A stretch of 64,000 bases of DNA from a virus. The DNA lies in the IMG/VR virus record IMGVR_UViG_3300047666_001259, positions 32,001-96,000 of that record. One strand, 5' to 3'. This document shows positions 26,762 through 36,852 of this stretch, in pieces; positions within the stretch are counted from its first letter, which is position 1, and the number at the start of each line of letters is the position of its first letter. The notes under the pieces were generated by a model. That model was given only the letters and a program-made list of their open reading frames with translations, ran no database searches and was not told the origin of the DNA. The translations under genes were made by a program, and so were the position numbers.

Positions 26762-27158
26762 CTATCATTTTTAAACATTTATCTATTATACTACTTTTTA
26801 TGTCATACTCCAAATTAACAACACCACCCTCTCCTTCAATTTTCTTCTCAATTCTCCATTCAGCACCCTCTTTCTTAGTGTAGTGCTTCATGGTGGAATA
26901 TTCGTTTCCTGATTCAATGATTTTCATCCAAGTATAATCTTTCGGAAGAAGTTGATATACAATCTGTTTTTTAGAAACCATAATACTTTCATACAGCTTC
27001 CCGTCTTTATGCTTTTCTATTTCTAGGTAGTTTGCAAAGTTCACTCCCGTCATTTTGGGATTAAATACATATTTATAGGAGACACCATCTTCTGCCTCAG
27101 TCGTGAAGTTGTGAGTGGTTCCCATAAAATGAGAAGAGTGATAATTAGAAGTCTTCAT
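26739..27158 (-). CDS. hypothetical protein
   Basis: ORF track 26739..27173, likely ATG 27158. Confidence 0.55.
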   Translation of the reverse strand: MKTSNYHSSHFMGTTHNFTTEAEDGVSYKYVFNPKMTGVNFANYLEIEKHKDGKLYESIMVSKKQIVYQLLPKDYTWMKIIESGNEYSTMKHYTKKEGAEWRIEKKIEGEGGVVNLEYDIKSSIIDKCLKMIDDERNTD

Positions 27159-27174
27159 ACTAAAAGATAACAAC

Positions 27175-28131
27175 GTGGCTAAGAAAAATCAAATAGAAGA
27201 CCGAAAACCTGTTTTAAGAGATGCCATGCTCTACTATTATTTAGAGTTTGAATCTGAAGTTTTAACTGGAGAAGATATCAAAAAACTTTTAAGTTATGCC
27301 GATTTAGATAAGGTTCCAGATAGGGTCATCCTTCTAAATGATATCTACTCAGAAAACCTTGACTGGAACCAACTATCCAACGCAAAAATAGCTAGACTAA
27401 TTTCTATGTTCATTGACCGTAAGGATGTCCAATTCATTCTGGATAAAGTCAATTTGAAAGAAAAAAAATTTAAGATCAGGGAAATCATTTGGTGTATAGC
27501 TAGAATGCCTGAACTTACAGAAAATACTTTTGGAATAGATTTAAAAAAACTCACAAAAAAAGATGCCTACACTCTATTGAGTCTTGGGCATGATTATTTT
27601 ATTGACAGGATCGATATATCTCGATACAGGTTCAATCCAACAGAGATATATAAAATTGTCAGATCATATCTGTTCGACAGACCAATTATGGAAAAAGTTA
27701 AATCTAATACATTAGAAGGGTTTCACGTATCTCAAGTATTAATCAATACTGGGAGAGATAATCTTGATCTTATAAAATTAGAGAAACTCACCCCAAGTCA
27801 TTGGGTAGAAGTTTTAGGGAAAAGGAAATTTTTATTTGATCTTTGTGATTTCAGTAAGTTTCTCGAAGAGGATGTAATCTTTGCTATTAAACTAGTATCA
27901 ATATTTCCCGATTATCAACCTGCTCATAATTTCATTCTAAAAAAGAAAGACACTATTGGGGATAAAGGGTGGGGTATGTTGTTAGAGTTGTTTCCAACTA
28001 AATACATAGATCACTGCGATTACGGTAGCTTGTATGAAGGTACGTGGGTTAAAGTTGTAGACAAACATCCAGAGCTTCTATCTTATAGAGCTAAAGTGGT
28101 TAAGAAGGCTCCAGAACTTCCGATAATATAA
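27175..28131 (+). CDS. helical-repeat hypothetical protein
   Basis: Recurring roughly 24 aa units ending L...W..(V/L)L...P. Confidence 0.55.
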   Translation: MAKKNQIEDRKPVLRDAMLYYYLEFESEVLTGEDIKKLLSYADLDKVPDRVILLNDIYSENLDWNQLSNAKIARLISMFIDRKDVQFILDKVNLKEKKFKIREIIWCIARMPELTENTFGIDLKKLTKKDAYTLLSLGHDYFIDRIDISRYRFNPTEIYKIVRSYLFDRPIMEKVKSNTLEGFHVSQVLINTGRDNLDLIKLEKLTPSHWVEVLGKRKFLFDLCDFSKFLEEDVIFAIKLVSIFPDYQPAHNFILKKKDTIGDKGWGMLLELFPTKYIDHCDYGSLYEGTWVKVVDKHPELLSYRAKVVKKAPELPII

Positions 28132-28752
28132 TTACTTCTCAGTTTCAATTATAGTAATCCCCATACTGTGAGGTGCTGGGTATTTTCCACCAAAATACGG
28201 AAACAATTTATATGTGAACCACTGGAGTAAACCAGTTGGGTTTTTATCAACTCTTTTTAACGCTCTTTCTCCATCAATATTTTTAGCTTTGAATTCATAA
28301 TAGGTTTTGAAAGCATCTAAATCCAACTCCACCCACTCTTCAGGTAAACAATCGATTAATTTTTCGTACTTTCGCTCCCCGTTAACATAGCAGTAAGTGT
28401 GAATTTCTATTTTTTGACCCATAGCTCTCCATCCAAATCTTGCGGAATTTTTATGGTGGTGACCAAAAGAGAATCCAAAAAGTTTATTGATTTGATCGTA
28501 TTGATCAGGTAGAGTATAAAGGCATTCTTTATCAAATTTCACTTTGATATTTAAGTCTTTCATTTTAAAATAAAAGAAAACCCAAACCAACGCAGTCATA
28601 ACTATAGATGCCCAGCCGTAAATATTTTCAATGTTACTATTCAAGAATATTCCTGCGGTCAAAAAAATCATTCCAAGCGGATAAAGTAATTCCTGAAACT
28701 TCAGCCCTTTAAAAAAATGTTTACCTTGCTTAATATTGAATCTCTTTTCCAT
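28132..28752 (-). CDS. membrane protein with a beta-sandwich-like domain
   Basis: Two TM segments; INKLFGFSFGHHHKNSARFGWR; LFPYFGG. Confidence 0.6.
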   Translation of the reverse strand: MEKRFNIKQGKHFFKGLKFQELLYPLGMIFLTAGIFLNSNIENIYGWASIVMTALVWVFFYFKMKDLNIKVKFDKECLYTLPDQYDQINKLFGFSFGHHHKNSARFGWRAMGQKIEIHTYCYVNGERKYEKLIDCLPEEWVELDLDAFKTYYEFKAKNIDGERALKRVDKNPTGLLQWFTYKLFPYFGGKYPAPHSMGITIIETEK

Positions 28753-28813
28753 CGTTCTTTGAATTTGCTAATAAATATGTATATATTATCTTAACTTTTA
28801 TTGAAAAAACAAA

Positions 28814-30019
28814 ATGATAAATTTAGAATACTGTTTAATTGAAAATCAATACAGCAAAGACAAAGAAACTATTGTCTGCATTACACGTAAGGGGGAAATA
28901 GAACTAGATAGGTCAATCACAGAAGATTTGAACTACAAGAGAGCGGTCTTGATTCTACAGAAATATGAATTCCTCGCATTAGAGAAATTATGGTTTGAAT
29001 GTTACAAGAGTGATGGTTTAGATAAAGAGCAGCTTGCGAAAGACTTTTATGATATTGGGATTGATCAATCTGAAGATTTAAAAAACCACTTAAAGGATAT
29101 GATTGAACTTACTTTTGAACTAGAAAGCGACTCTCCTGTTAAAGATAATGGTGATCCTGAGTTTTTTGTACCAGACCAAAATAGTTACACAATTAATATT
29201 GACGATAAGTCAGTAGACACTACTGACTCAAATACGTTTAATTTCACAGATATTAACTTTACCGCTAACAATACAGAAAAAGCTAAGCCAACTTACCAAG
29301 CAAGCAGAAACAGTTTGATATCCTACAAAACTCCAGAGAACAAAGAAGTTGTCTCATTCTGTTTTTATCTTTTCTTAGATGCAAAGCTTTCTGTTAACGG
29401 AGAATACTATTTCCTTTTTAGAGGAGATTTCTTTAATGAGATAGGAAGTGAATCATCCAACTTCATTAAGCCAATAAAATTAGACTTTAAAAGAATTGTG
29501 TATGACGTTAACGCTGTACAAAATAAAATTGTCTTTGAAAGCATAAAAACTTCACAAGAAATTATGGAAGACATTGATTGCCTGTTCTCCACTAAATACA
29601 AATTCTTTAAAGAGTTAAAAAATTCCAAAGGAAAAACTACAAAAGGAACGATGGATTTAGATTTCAACATTCTTGAGATCAAAGACTGTATTGATAAGGG
29701 TGCTAAAATCGTTTTTGAGACATCAATGATGGACTTTCAGACACTTTGTGTGATAAGTGACCGAGTAGAAAAAGAAATCGAAGCAGAGTTATCTGATATG
29801 ATGCCAGTAGTATTTTTACAAAAAGCTGTTGACGAACTACATGAGAAAATAAACACAAAAAGAGTAGAGGCAGCTACGGCAGAGGATTATGAAGACGCTT
29901 CCAAATACAAAGAGCTTCTTGAAGCTGTAGAGGGAAAAAGAAATATGATTTACTCTTACCCTAGTAAAGACATGCCGATGGAAGATTACTTTGAGAAATT
30001 CAAGATAGGAAAATTCTAA
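28814..30019 (+). CDS. hypothetical protein with a C-terminal UVR-like motif
   Basis: EAATAEDYEDASKYKELL. Confidence 0.55.
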   Translation: MINLEYCLIENQYSKDKETIVCITRKGEIELDRSITEDLNYKRAVLILQKYEFLALEKLWFECYKSDGLDKEQLAKDFYDIGIDQSEDLKNHLKDMIELTFELESDSPVKDNGDPEFFVPDQNSYTINIDDKSVDTTDSNTFNFTDINFTANNTEKAKPTYQASRNSLISYKTPENKEVVSFCFYLFLDAKLSVNGEYYFLFRGDFFNEIGSESSNFIKPIKLDFKRIVYDVNAVQNKIVFESIKTSQEIMEDIDCLFSTKYKFFKELKNSKGKTTKGTMDLDFNILEIKDCIDKGAKIVFETSMMDFQTLCVISDRVEKEIEAELSDMMPVVFLQKAVDELHEKINTKRVEAATAEDYEDASKYKELLEAVEGKRNMIYSYPSKDMPMEDYFEKFKIGKF

Positions 30020-30077
30020 AATATGGCTTGTTATTAGAATATTTTTTCTATATTTGCTGTGACAAAAAAGCACAAGT

Positions 30078-31202
30078 ATGGATTACAAAGACTACAAGCC
30101 TTGGGTGCAAACCAAACTATCGCCCAAATTCCACTCAGACCCTGAAGATGATCGGGAGAGTGAATTGAGAACAGTTATTGAAGACTTCATTAAAGTCGGA
30201 AATCAACTAGATGTTCTTAAAAAGAACAAATTTTACGGAAGAGTTAAAGGTCATCCCAATCACGTAGAGTCAGGGGTTGAGGTTCGTCCCTCAGATTCTA
30301 ATTTTATAAAAGAATCTGAAGATGAACAGCTTCTTCATGCTATTATCGGAATGGCAACTGAAACAGTAGAAATGCTGGAGGCGATCTATGCCTCAAAATG
30401 GAAAGGAGAAGAATTCGATACAGTGAATTTCTTTGAAGAAATGGGAGACCTTGAGTTTTACCGTAGCATTCCATTTAATAACCTCGATTGGACTGAGAAA
30501 CAAGTCCGTGATACCAATTATTTCAAGTTAGAGAAAAGATATCCAGAGGGTTACACTGATAACAGTGCGAATAACCGTGATCTGGAATCAGAAAGAGAAA
30601 TTCTCGAAAAAGGTTTGTCAGAAAAAGTCACCACAATTATCGATGAACCAGTAATTCTGGTTTTCTATCTCAATGTTGGTAATTTAGAAGAATGTGATGT
30701 GCAGGAATCCATTGAAAAGATCAAGCATCAATTCCGTTTTAAAGATGAAAAATTTTTAAGTTTTTTTATTCCTGTGCGTAACCAAGATTCTAAGGTCGAA
30801 TGTATCTATCCTGTTCTCCTTGATGATACACAAAAATCAAAAGTCAAAAAAGCAATTCAGCGACTCGAAAAAGAAATACCTGAAATAAGCTATAAATTTA
30901 TTTATGTTGCCTTAACAAGTTTTGATGCATTTCATGGAATAAAAGTTCCAGCAAGATTTGAAAATTTGATGAGGGAAATTGAATCCACTTATGACGAGAT
31001 GATTGAAGGTGTGTTTACTGATTATGACGAGTACAGAAGTTTTGAAGTTGAATGCGCTTCGCAAGCAAGGCATGGTTCAAACGGAACAACTGAGTATGAA
31101 TCTCTTAAAACAGATGATTTAACTGACCTTTTTGATGTAGAAAAAGAACAGATAATAAAACTTGAAAGTTATAAATTTCTAACCTTCAGTTATGATGTCT
31201 GA
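30078..31202 (+). CDS. MazG-like NTP pyrophosphohydrolase with C-terminal extension
   Basis: LLHAIIGMATETVEMLE, EEMGDLEFY, N..KLEKRYPEG. Confidence 0.8.
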   Translation: MDYKDYKPWVQTKLSPKFHSDPEDDRESELRTVIEDFIKVGNQLDVLKKNKFYGRVKGHPNHVESGVEVRPSDSNFIKESEDEQLLHAIIGMATETVEMLEAIYASKWKGEEFDTVNFFEEMGDLEFYRSIPFNNLDWTEKQVRDTNYFKLEKRYPEGYTDNSANNRDLESEREILEKGLSEKVTTIIDEPVILVFYLNVGNLEECDVQESIEKIKHQFRFKDEKFLSFFIPVRNQDSKVECIYPVLLDDTQKSKVKKAIQRLEKEIPEISYKFIYVALTSFDAFHGIKVPARFENLMREIESTYDEMIEGVFTDYDEYRSFEVECASQARHGSNGTTEYESLKTDDLTDLFDVEKEQIIKLESYKFLTFSYDV

Positions 31203-31599
31203 AAGAAAAATTATCGAAAAAGGTCTTATAAATGACGAGTATTTTTATCTATCTTTAATAGAGGTGGGGGCTAAAATTCCATTAAAATTTAAACCTTTAA
31301 TGGAGGAAATAAAAACTAACTTTAATGGAAGTTTTGAATATATATTTGATAATTATGAAGATTATCAAATACAAGTAGAAGTTTTCAAATCTAACAATGA
31401 TATTGAGTCATACGAGACAATAGAATATGAAGATGATTATAATGCAATACTTTCTGATTTATGGAATATTTCAGAAAATAAATTATTAAAGCTCAAAAGT
31501 TATAAAGAACTTAAAAAGAAAGATATTATTGAAAAGCTGAATGCAGCCAATGAAAGTAAAGATTTGCTTTCAACAATAAAACATCAAAAATTAAAGTAA
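31192..31599 (+). CDS. hypothetical protein
   Basis: ORF track. Confidence 0.55.
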   Translation: MMSERKIIEKGLINDEYFYLSLIEVGAKIPLKFKPLMEEIKTNFNGSFEYIFDNYEDYQIQVEVFKSNNDIESYETIEYEDDYNAILSDLWNISENKLLKLKSYKELKKKDIIEKLNAANESKDLLSTIKHQKLK

Positions 31600-31603
31600 C
31601 AAC

Positions 31604-32713
31604 ATGAACAATCTAGATAAACAATACCAAGACTTACTTCAAGATATTCTTGAAAACGGCACAAAAAAAGGAGATAGAACAGGAACAGGAACTATCTCAG
31701 TGTTCGGAAGACAAATTCGACACAACATGAAAGATGGGTTCCCTCTTTTGACTTCCAAGAAAATGGCAACCAAACAAATTATCACTGAACTTCTTTGGTT
31801 CTTACGTGGTGAGACAAATATTCAATCTCTAGTTCAAGATGGAAACTATATTTGGGTTGGTGATGCTTATAAGAAATACACCACGTACCACAATAACCAT
31901 CCAACTATCCACTCCAATAGATTTGAGATTCTTTCTAGAAAAGATTTCATCGAAAAAATCAAAACTGATAACGATTTTGCTAAACAATGGGGCGATTTAG
32001 GGCCAATCTACGGGAAACAGTGGAGAAAGTGGACTTCCACTTATTTTGATAAATACACCTCTCAAGACCCGAAAGATTTATCAGTTCACGTAGATCAAAT
32101 TGCAGAGATGATAGATAAGCTCAAAAACCGACCAGATGATCGAAGAAATATGGTTACTGCTTGGAATCCAGCTGAAGTAGATGCCGCAACACTTCCTCCA
32201 TGTCATTATGGTTTTCAAGTTTGGACAAGAGAACTCTCTATAAGTGAAAGAAATATGATCATGTACGATCACCCTGAGTTTGATGTAGGTGATGTTCCAA
32301 TAGGAAAGCGAGAAGAGGAAGATAAAGAACATTATCTCAAAATGGATCACCAATTATGTGATGGGTATAATGTTCCAAGGCGAGGAATTTCACTTCTCTG
32401 GAATCAAAGGTCTTGTGATACTCCTTTAGGGATTCCGTTTAACATTGCTTCTTACGGAGCTTTGTTGCAAATATTAGCCCAAACAGTAAACATGGTTCCT
32501 GAGGAGTTGATTGGAAATCTTGGCGACACTCACATTTATTTGAACCAAGTAGATGCAGTAAAAGAACAGCTTAAAAGAGCTTCTCACAAACTACCTCAAT
32601 TGGAAATTGAAATACCAAAAGGAATGACTGACCCTGCTGAGTTAAAGTATGAAAACTTCAAGTTATTAAATTATATATCAGAAGACAAAATTGCCTTCGA
32701 ATTATCAAATTAA
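31604..32713 (+). CDS. thyA: thymidylate synthase
   Basis: DRTGTGT, ELLWFLRG, LGPIYGKQWR, LPPCH, QRSCD..LGIPFNIASY, GDTHIY. Confidence 0.97.
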   Translation: MNNLDKQYQDLLQDILENGTKKGDRTGTGTISVFGRQIRHNMKDGFPLLTSKKMATKQIITELLWFLRGETNIQSLVQDGNYIWVGDAYKKYTTYHNNHPTIHSNRFEILSRKDFIEKIKTDNDFAKQWGDLGPIYGKQWRKWTSTYFDKYTSQDPKDLSVHVDQIAEMIDKLKNRPDDRRNMVTAWNPAEVDAATLPPCHYGFQVWTRELSISERNMIMYDHPEFDVGDVPIGKREEEDKEHYLKMDHQLCDGYNVPRRGISLLWNQRSCDTPLGIPFNIASYGALLQILAQTVNMVPEELIGNLGDTHIYLNQVDAVKEQLKRASHKLPQLEIEIPKGMTDPAELKYENFKLLNYISEDKIAFELSN

Positions 32714-33031
32714 ATGAAAAAATACAAAGCATACCTAAAACAAAGCGGAGAAGGTTGTGATTACACAATTGGATGCGCTCAAACTGTGGTGGGATTTTTA
32801 GCAGAGAACATGGAGTCAGCTCACCTTAGGCTTAAAGAGATTATTATGGATGAATACACTGGAGAGCGCCAGTTAGATTCAGCAAATATTTACGAAGTAA
32901 CTGAGGAGGTGTCTGTAAATTTAGAAACACTCTATGCTGAGTATAATGAAATGCAAAGAGCTGCCGCTCAGGGTTATAAACTCCAGAAGGAAAGAGAAGA
33001 ATACGAACGACTAAAAAATAAATTTGAATAA
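32714..33031 (+). CDS. hypothetical protein
   Basis: ORF track. Confidence 0.6.
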   Translation: MKKYKAYLKQSGEGCDYTIGCAQTVVGFLAENMESAHLRLKEIIMDEYTGERQLDSANIYEVTEEVSVNLETLYAEYNEMQRAAAQGYKLQKEREEYERLKNKFE

Positions 33032-33261
33032 TGGCAAAAAAAGATGAATCATGGAAAGAGGAATGGAAAGACATGCCTGAATTCCACCAAGAAGATTTAA
33101 CCTCTCACAGAAAAGTTGTTATTCATTTTAGAAATGACGAGGATGTGGAAGAATTCGCAAATCTTATTGGTCAGAAATTAACTCCGAAACAAAAAAGCAC
33201 TTGGTTTCCTCACATGGAGCCAAGAAGATATGCACACTTAAGATATACTGATGAATCCTAA
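33031..33261 (+). CDS. small partner protein upstream of the TAGT-type glycosyltransferase
   Basis: EWKDMPEF, VIHFRNDEDVEEFANLIGQ, STWFP; overlaps the GT start. Confidence 0.6.
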   Translation: MAKKDESWKEEWKDMPEFHQEDLTSHRKVVIHFRNDEDVEEFANLIGQKLTPKQKSTWFPHMEPRRYAHLRYTDES

Positions 33262-34105
33262 ATATCCCATTTACATCCCATCCAAAGGAAGGTGGGAAAC
33301 AAGGAAAACAGTAAAGGCTCTTGAGGCAATTAATGTGCCTTACAGTATTGTTGTAGAACCTTTTGAGTATGATTTGTATTCGGCAGTTATTAATCCTGAC
33401 AATATTCTGGTATTACCAGAAAATGACATGAAATTAATAGGGTCAAGAAACTGGATAAAAGCACACTCAATTGAAAAGGGTTTTAAAAGACACTGGCAAC
33501 TTGATGATAATATTGAACAGTTCAATAGGCTTAACCAAAATTTGCAAGTAAAGGTTTCTTCTGGAACAGTTTTTAGGTGTATTGAAGACTTTACCGATAG
33601 ATATGAAAACGTAGCTTATTCAGGTTTTCAATATGACCACTTCGCAAAAGCTAAAACAAAAATGTCGCCCTACATTTTAAACACAAGAATTTACTCTTGT
33701 ACGCTAGTAAATAACAGCGTACCGTTTAAATGGAGGTCAATATACAATGACGACACAGATGTTTGCTTACAAGCTCTTAAAAGCGGTTGGTGTACAATAT
33801 TATTTAATGCTTTCCTACAATGTAAAGCAACAACGATGACCGTCAAGGGAGGAAACACGGAAGAGTTATACTTGATTGAAGATGGTCGAAAGAAGATGGC
33901 TCAAGCGTTAGTGGATTTACATCCAGATGTTGCGAGAGTAGCGTGGAGGTTTAATAGATGGCAACATGTTGTAGATTACAGTTCATTTAAGTCAAACAAA
34001 CTAAATAAAAGAGAGGGTTTAGTAGTTCCCGACAGAGTGAATAACTACGGAATGGTCTTGAGAGATTTTGGAACTCCAAAGAACGTTCCTGAACAATATA
34101 AATAA
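33251..34105 (+). CDS. TET/JBP-associated (GREB1-like) glycosyltransferase, putative DNA base glycosylation
   Basis: YPIYIPSKGR, VVEP, RNWI, HWQLDDNI, RIYSC, YNDDTD..LQ.LK.GWCT, KGGNT. Confidence 0.75.
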   Translation: MNPKYPIYIPSKGRWETRKTVKALEAINVPYSIVVEPFEYDLYSAVINPDNILVLPENDMKLIGSRNWIKAHSIEKGFKRHWQLDDNIEQFNRLNQNLQVKVSSGTVFRCIEDFTDRYENVAYSGFQYDHFAKAKTKMSPYILNTRIYSCTLVNNSVPFKWRSIYNDDTDVCLQALKSGWCTILFNAFLQCKATTMTVKGGNTEELYLIEDGRKKMAQALVDLHPDVARVAWRFNRWQHVVDYSSFKSNKLNKREGLVVPDRVNNYGMVLRDFGTPKNVPEQYK

Positions 34106-34222
34106 AAATAATGAGACTAATTGACTACCTGCTGATAGCTGATATGAATTCTTTGAAATCTAAATATGAGATTATACTTTGGACAGGAGAAAAGGGAGCA
34201 GAACAATTTAAAACAAAAAACG

Positions 34223-35554
34223 ATGAATTACGAAAAAATTAAAGAAGGAATCGAAGTATTCGGGTTCTGTGGTAAAATTGGAACTGGCAAAAATTATATT
34301 GCCGAACAAATTTTCCAAAAGATGATGCCAGAAAAGCAGACAGCAGTTTTAGCGTTTGCAGATCAACTAAAAATTGATGGAATTGTAAAGCTTGGTTTGG
34401 AGCGTTACAAATGTTTTGTTGAGAAAGATGAATTCACAAGAAAATCCCTTCAACGCATCGGAACAGAAGAGGGTAGAGATGTTTATGGAAAAGATTTATG
34501 GATCAACTATATGAGAGAGTGGATCATGGTCAACGCTGAGCGTGGAGTTAAAAGATTTATCATTTCGGATGTTCGTTTCAAAAATGAGTTTGATCTAATA
34601 GCGGAAGAATTTAATGGAATCAATATTAGAGTAAATGCTCCCGAAAGAAATAGAGAAAAATTGATCCAAGAAGCTAAGGGTGATGAGGAAAAACTAGCAC
34701 TATTATCAGCTCATATCTCTGAAACTGATTTAGATGAAGGTAGAGATTTTGGTTACACAATCACTAACGACTATCAAGATAACGCTGTACTTCAAGTCAG
34801 AGAACTTATAAAAGAAATTAAAGCAAAGGATAAAGAGGATTTAGTAGTATTTTGTGATGTTGATGACACAATCTGTAAATGCGGTATTTATTATGAAAGT
34901 ATCATTAATGAAGTTCGAGATTTGATCTGGAGTAACCTATCAATCAGGGTTGATAAAGAATTCTTTAATGACTCTTACAATTCTGCTTTTAAAAAGAGAG
35001 ATGGAGGTTATTATAAAGTCTTCTTTGAGCTTACTAGATTTGCAAACTCACTAGCTGGAACTGTTGAGGAATTTAACATGCACATCAACCCTAAAAATTA
35101 TGCAAGAATTCATAAAAAAGCTTACGAATTAGGTATGAGTGTATTCGATGTAAATTATGAAGAAATACCAAATAGAATCAATGAGTTACGGGAGCTTCAA
35201 AAGAGTGCTAGAGTAGTTTTATTTACAATGGGTGATCATTTGGAGCAATCTAAAAAAATATGTCAGCTAGGCATACAAGATATTGAGTTTGAAATATTTG
35301 ACTTCAAAGACGCAACGATATTTAGAAATTTAATGCATAAGTATCCAGCTCATAAGTACGCAATGATTGGGGACTCTCTCCAGAGAGATGTTCTTTCAGC
35401 AAAAGAGGCTGGTGTAGATTACCCTATTTTAATGTTGGCAAAGCCAAATCCTTTTGTAAATTATGACAAATCAGAAGAGGAAGGATACCATATTGTCAAA
35501 AGTATTGAGGAGGCTAAAGTCTTCATTGAGAGAGAAGTTCAGGTGTCTCAGTAA
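34223..35554 (+). CDS. dNMP kinase (T4 gp1-like) fused to a HAD hydrolase
   Basis: GKIGTGK, AFADQLK, LQRIGTE.GR, ISDVRF.NE; then DVDDT and MIGDSLQRD. Confidence 0.85.
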   Translation: MNYEKIKEGIEVFGFCGKIGTGKNYIAEQIFQKMMPEKQTAVLAFADQLKIDGIVKLGLERYKCFVEKDEFTRKSLQRIGTEEGRDVYGKDLWINYMREWIMVNAERGVKRFIISDVRFKNEFDLIAEEFNGINIRVNAPERNREKLIQEAKGDEEKLALLSAHISETDLDEGRDFGYTITNDYQDNAVLQVRELIKEIKAKDKEDLVVFCDVDDTICKCGIYYESIINEVRDLIWSNLSIRVDKEFFNDSYNSAFKKRDGGYYKVFFELTRFANSLAGTVEEFNMHINPKNYARIHKKAYELGMSVFDVNYEEIPNRINELRELQKSARVVLFTMGDHLEQSKKICQLGIQDIEFEIFDFKDATIFRNLMHKYPAHKYAMIGDSLQRDVLSAKEAGVDYPILMLAKPNPFVNYDKSEEEGYHIVKSIEEAKVFIEREVQVSQ

Positions 35555-35578
35555 ATTTTTATCAACACTAGAGCTAAA

Positions 35579-35977
35579 ATGATAAATGAACCATATTTAA
35601 AAATACATTTCTATAATAAACCAATAATGTTAGATAAAAAAAAGTTCTATGATTTGGGAGACAATCTTAATTCCAAAATTCATAGCCAAACCTTTTGTGA
35701 AGCAATTTCATTAGATAAGTTTGAGGGTTGGACAGAAGTAGGCAAAGTCTACAATCTTAAAGCGCAGGGTAAAGAATTTGGTGAGGCAAGAATTCTTGCT
35801 GTTCATGAATGCGACAAGTCAGATGTGTACAGTAGGAGCTTACCTTCGATGTTGATGTCTTTAGCATCGGGAGAGAGCAGTACTAGATGGGCTGAAAAGC
35901 TTGAAGACTTATCTCCTAAATTTTATTTTGTATTGTTTGAAAGAATAGTTCAGTTAGAACTAAATCTTAGTGACTAG
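35579..35977 (+). CDS. hypothetical protein
   Basis: ORF track. Confidence 0.55.
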   Translation: MINEPYLKIHFYNKPIMLDKKKFYDLGDNLNSKIHSQTFCEAISLDKFEGWTEVGKVYNLKAQGKEFGEARILAVHECDKSDVYSRSLPSMLMSLASGESSTRWAEKLEDLSPKFYFVLFERIVQLELNLSD

Positions 35978-36386
35978 GATCAACGTCAGTTGGTGTTGGT
36001 AGAGAATCTAATTCAGGGGGAGAATAAGTGCTAGTAGGATTTGAAGTTGGAACGGGAACGGGTTGAAGAACAACTGTTCCTGTAGTTCTATCCAGAAGTA
36101 ACTTAACATCCCCCTTAATTTCCCACACATCATCTTCAATAGCTTCTGTGTCTTCAGATACTTCTTTTACTTCAAGAAGAACTTCTTGTTTCATTTTATT
36201 CAATCTCTCAATGTCCTTTTGTTGATTTTCATCAATTGCAGAGTTAAGATTTAAATAGAAATACACGAGCAATCCCATAATAATAGACGAGACAATTCCT
36301 AAGAACCAAAAAATAGTTTTAATATTTGTGGTTACAGTTGAATCTTCATTGAACTCCTTATTTCCTACTTTAAGTCTATTTCCCAT
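35967..36386 (-). CDS. single-TM coiled-coil protein with Pro-rich tail
   Basis: TM segment IFWFLGIVSSIIMGLLVYFYL; likely start ATG 36386. Confidence 0.6.
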   Translation of the reverse strand: MGNRLKVGNKEFNEDSTVTTNIKTIFWFLGIVSSIIMGLLVYFYLNLNSAIDENQQKDIERLNKMKQEVLLEVKEVSEDTEAIEDDVWEIKGDVKLLLDRTTGTVVLQPVPVPTSNPTSTYSPPELDSLPTPTDVDPSH

Positions 36387-36387
36387 T

Positions 36388-36852
36388 TTAAAAAGATGTG
36401 CAGCTATCCCAAGTAATAAAATACTGTGTGTTTGGCTGTAAGTTATACAAACTAGACACCGCTCTAGTTTCAGCAAAGTTTATTAATAAATATCTATCTT
36501 GATAAATTACTTGATCACCGTAAGGCGTAATTGCGTGAACTTTAAAGTTCGTTATGTAAGTAGCTGATCCCACACCACCTTTTCTGCTTTCGCCATAAAT
36601 GTATAAAACATTCCAATAATATCCTTGACTCCAAGTTGTGTTGCTAATAGCTGCTTTAAAATGAGAATTCCCATTCCAGTGGGCATTCCACTGAATTGAG
36701 TTCACATGCATCTTATTAACATAAGGAGTTGATTCAGAGTAAGATATCCCTATCTTTTCCTTTTCTGTTGAATCAAATGTTGAATTTGCAACAGCCGAAG
36801 GAAACAAAGTTAGAGATAAAATTAAAAACAAATATGTTAAGAGCTTTTTCAT
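36388..36852 (-). CDS. secreted hypothetical protein
   Basis: Signal peptide MKKLLTYLFLILSLTLFPSAVA. Confidence 0.65.
   Translation of the reverse strand: MKKLLTYLFLILSLTLFPSAVANSTFDSTEKEKIGISYSESTPYVNKMHVNSIQWNAHWNGNSHFKAAISNTTWSQGYYWNVLYIYGESRKGGVGSATYITNFKVHAITPYGDQVIYQDRYLLINFAETRAVSSLYNLQPNTQYFITWDSCTSF

Noticed and set aside
31604-32713. dCMP hydroxymethylase or intron-split thyA
   Set aside because: Canonical ThyA motifs with the dUMP-specifying Asn; frame is continuous and insertions are short in-frame loops
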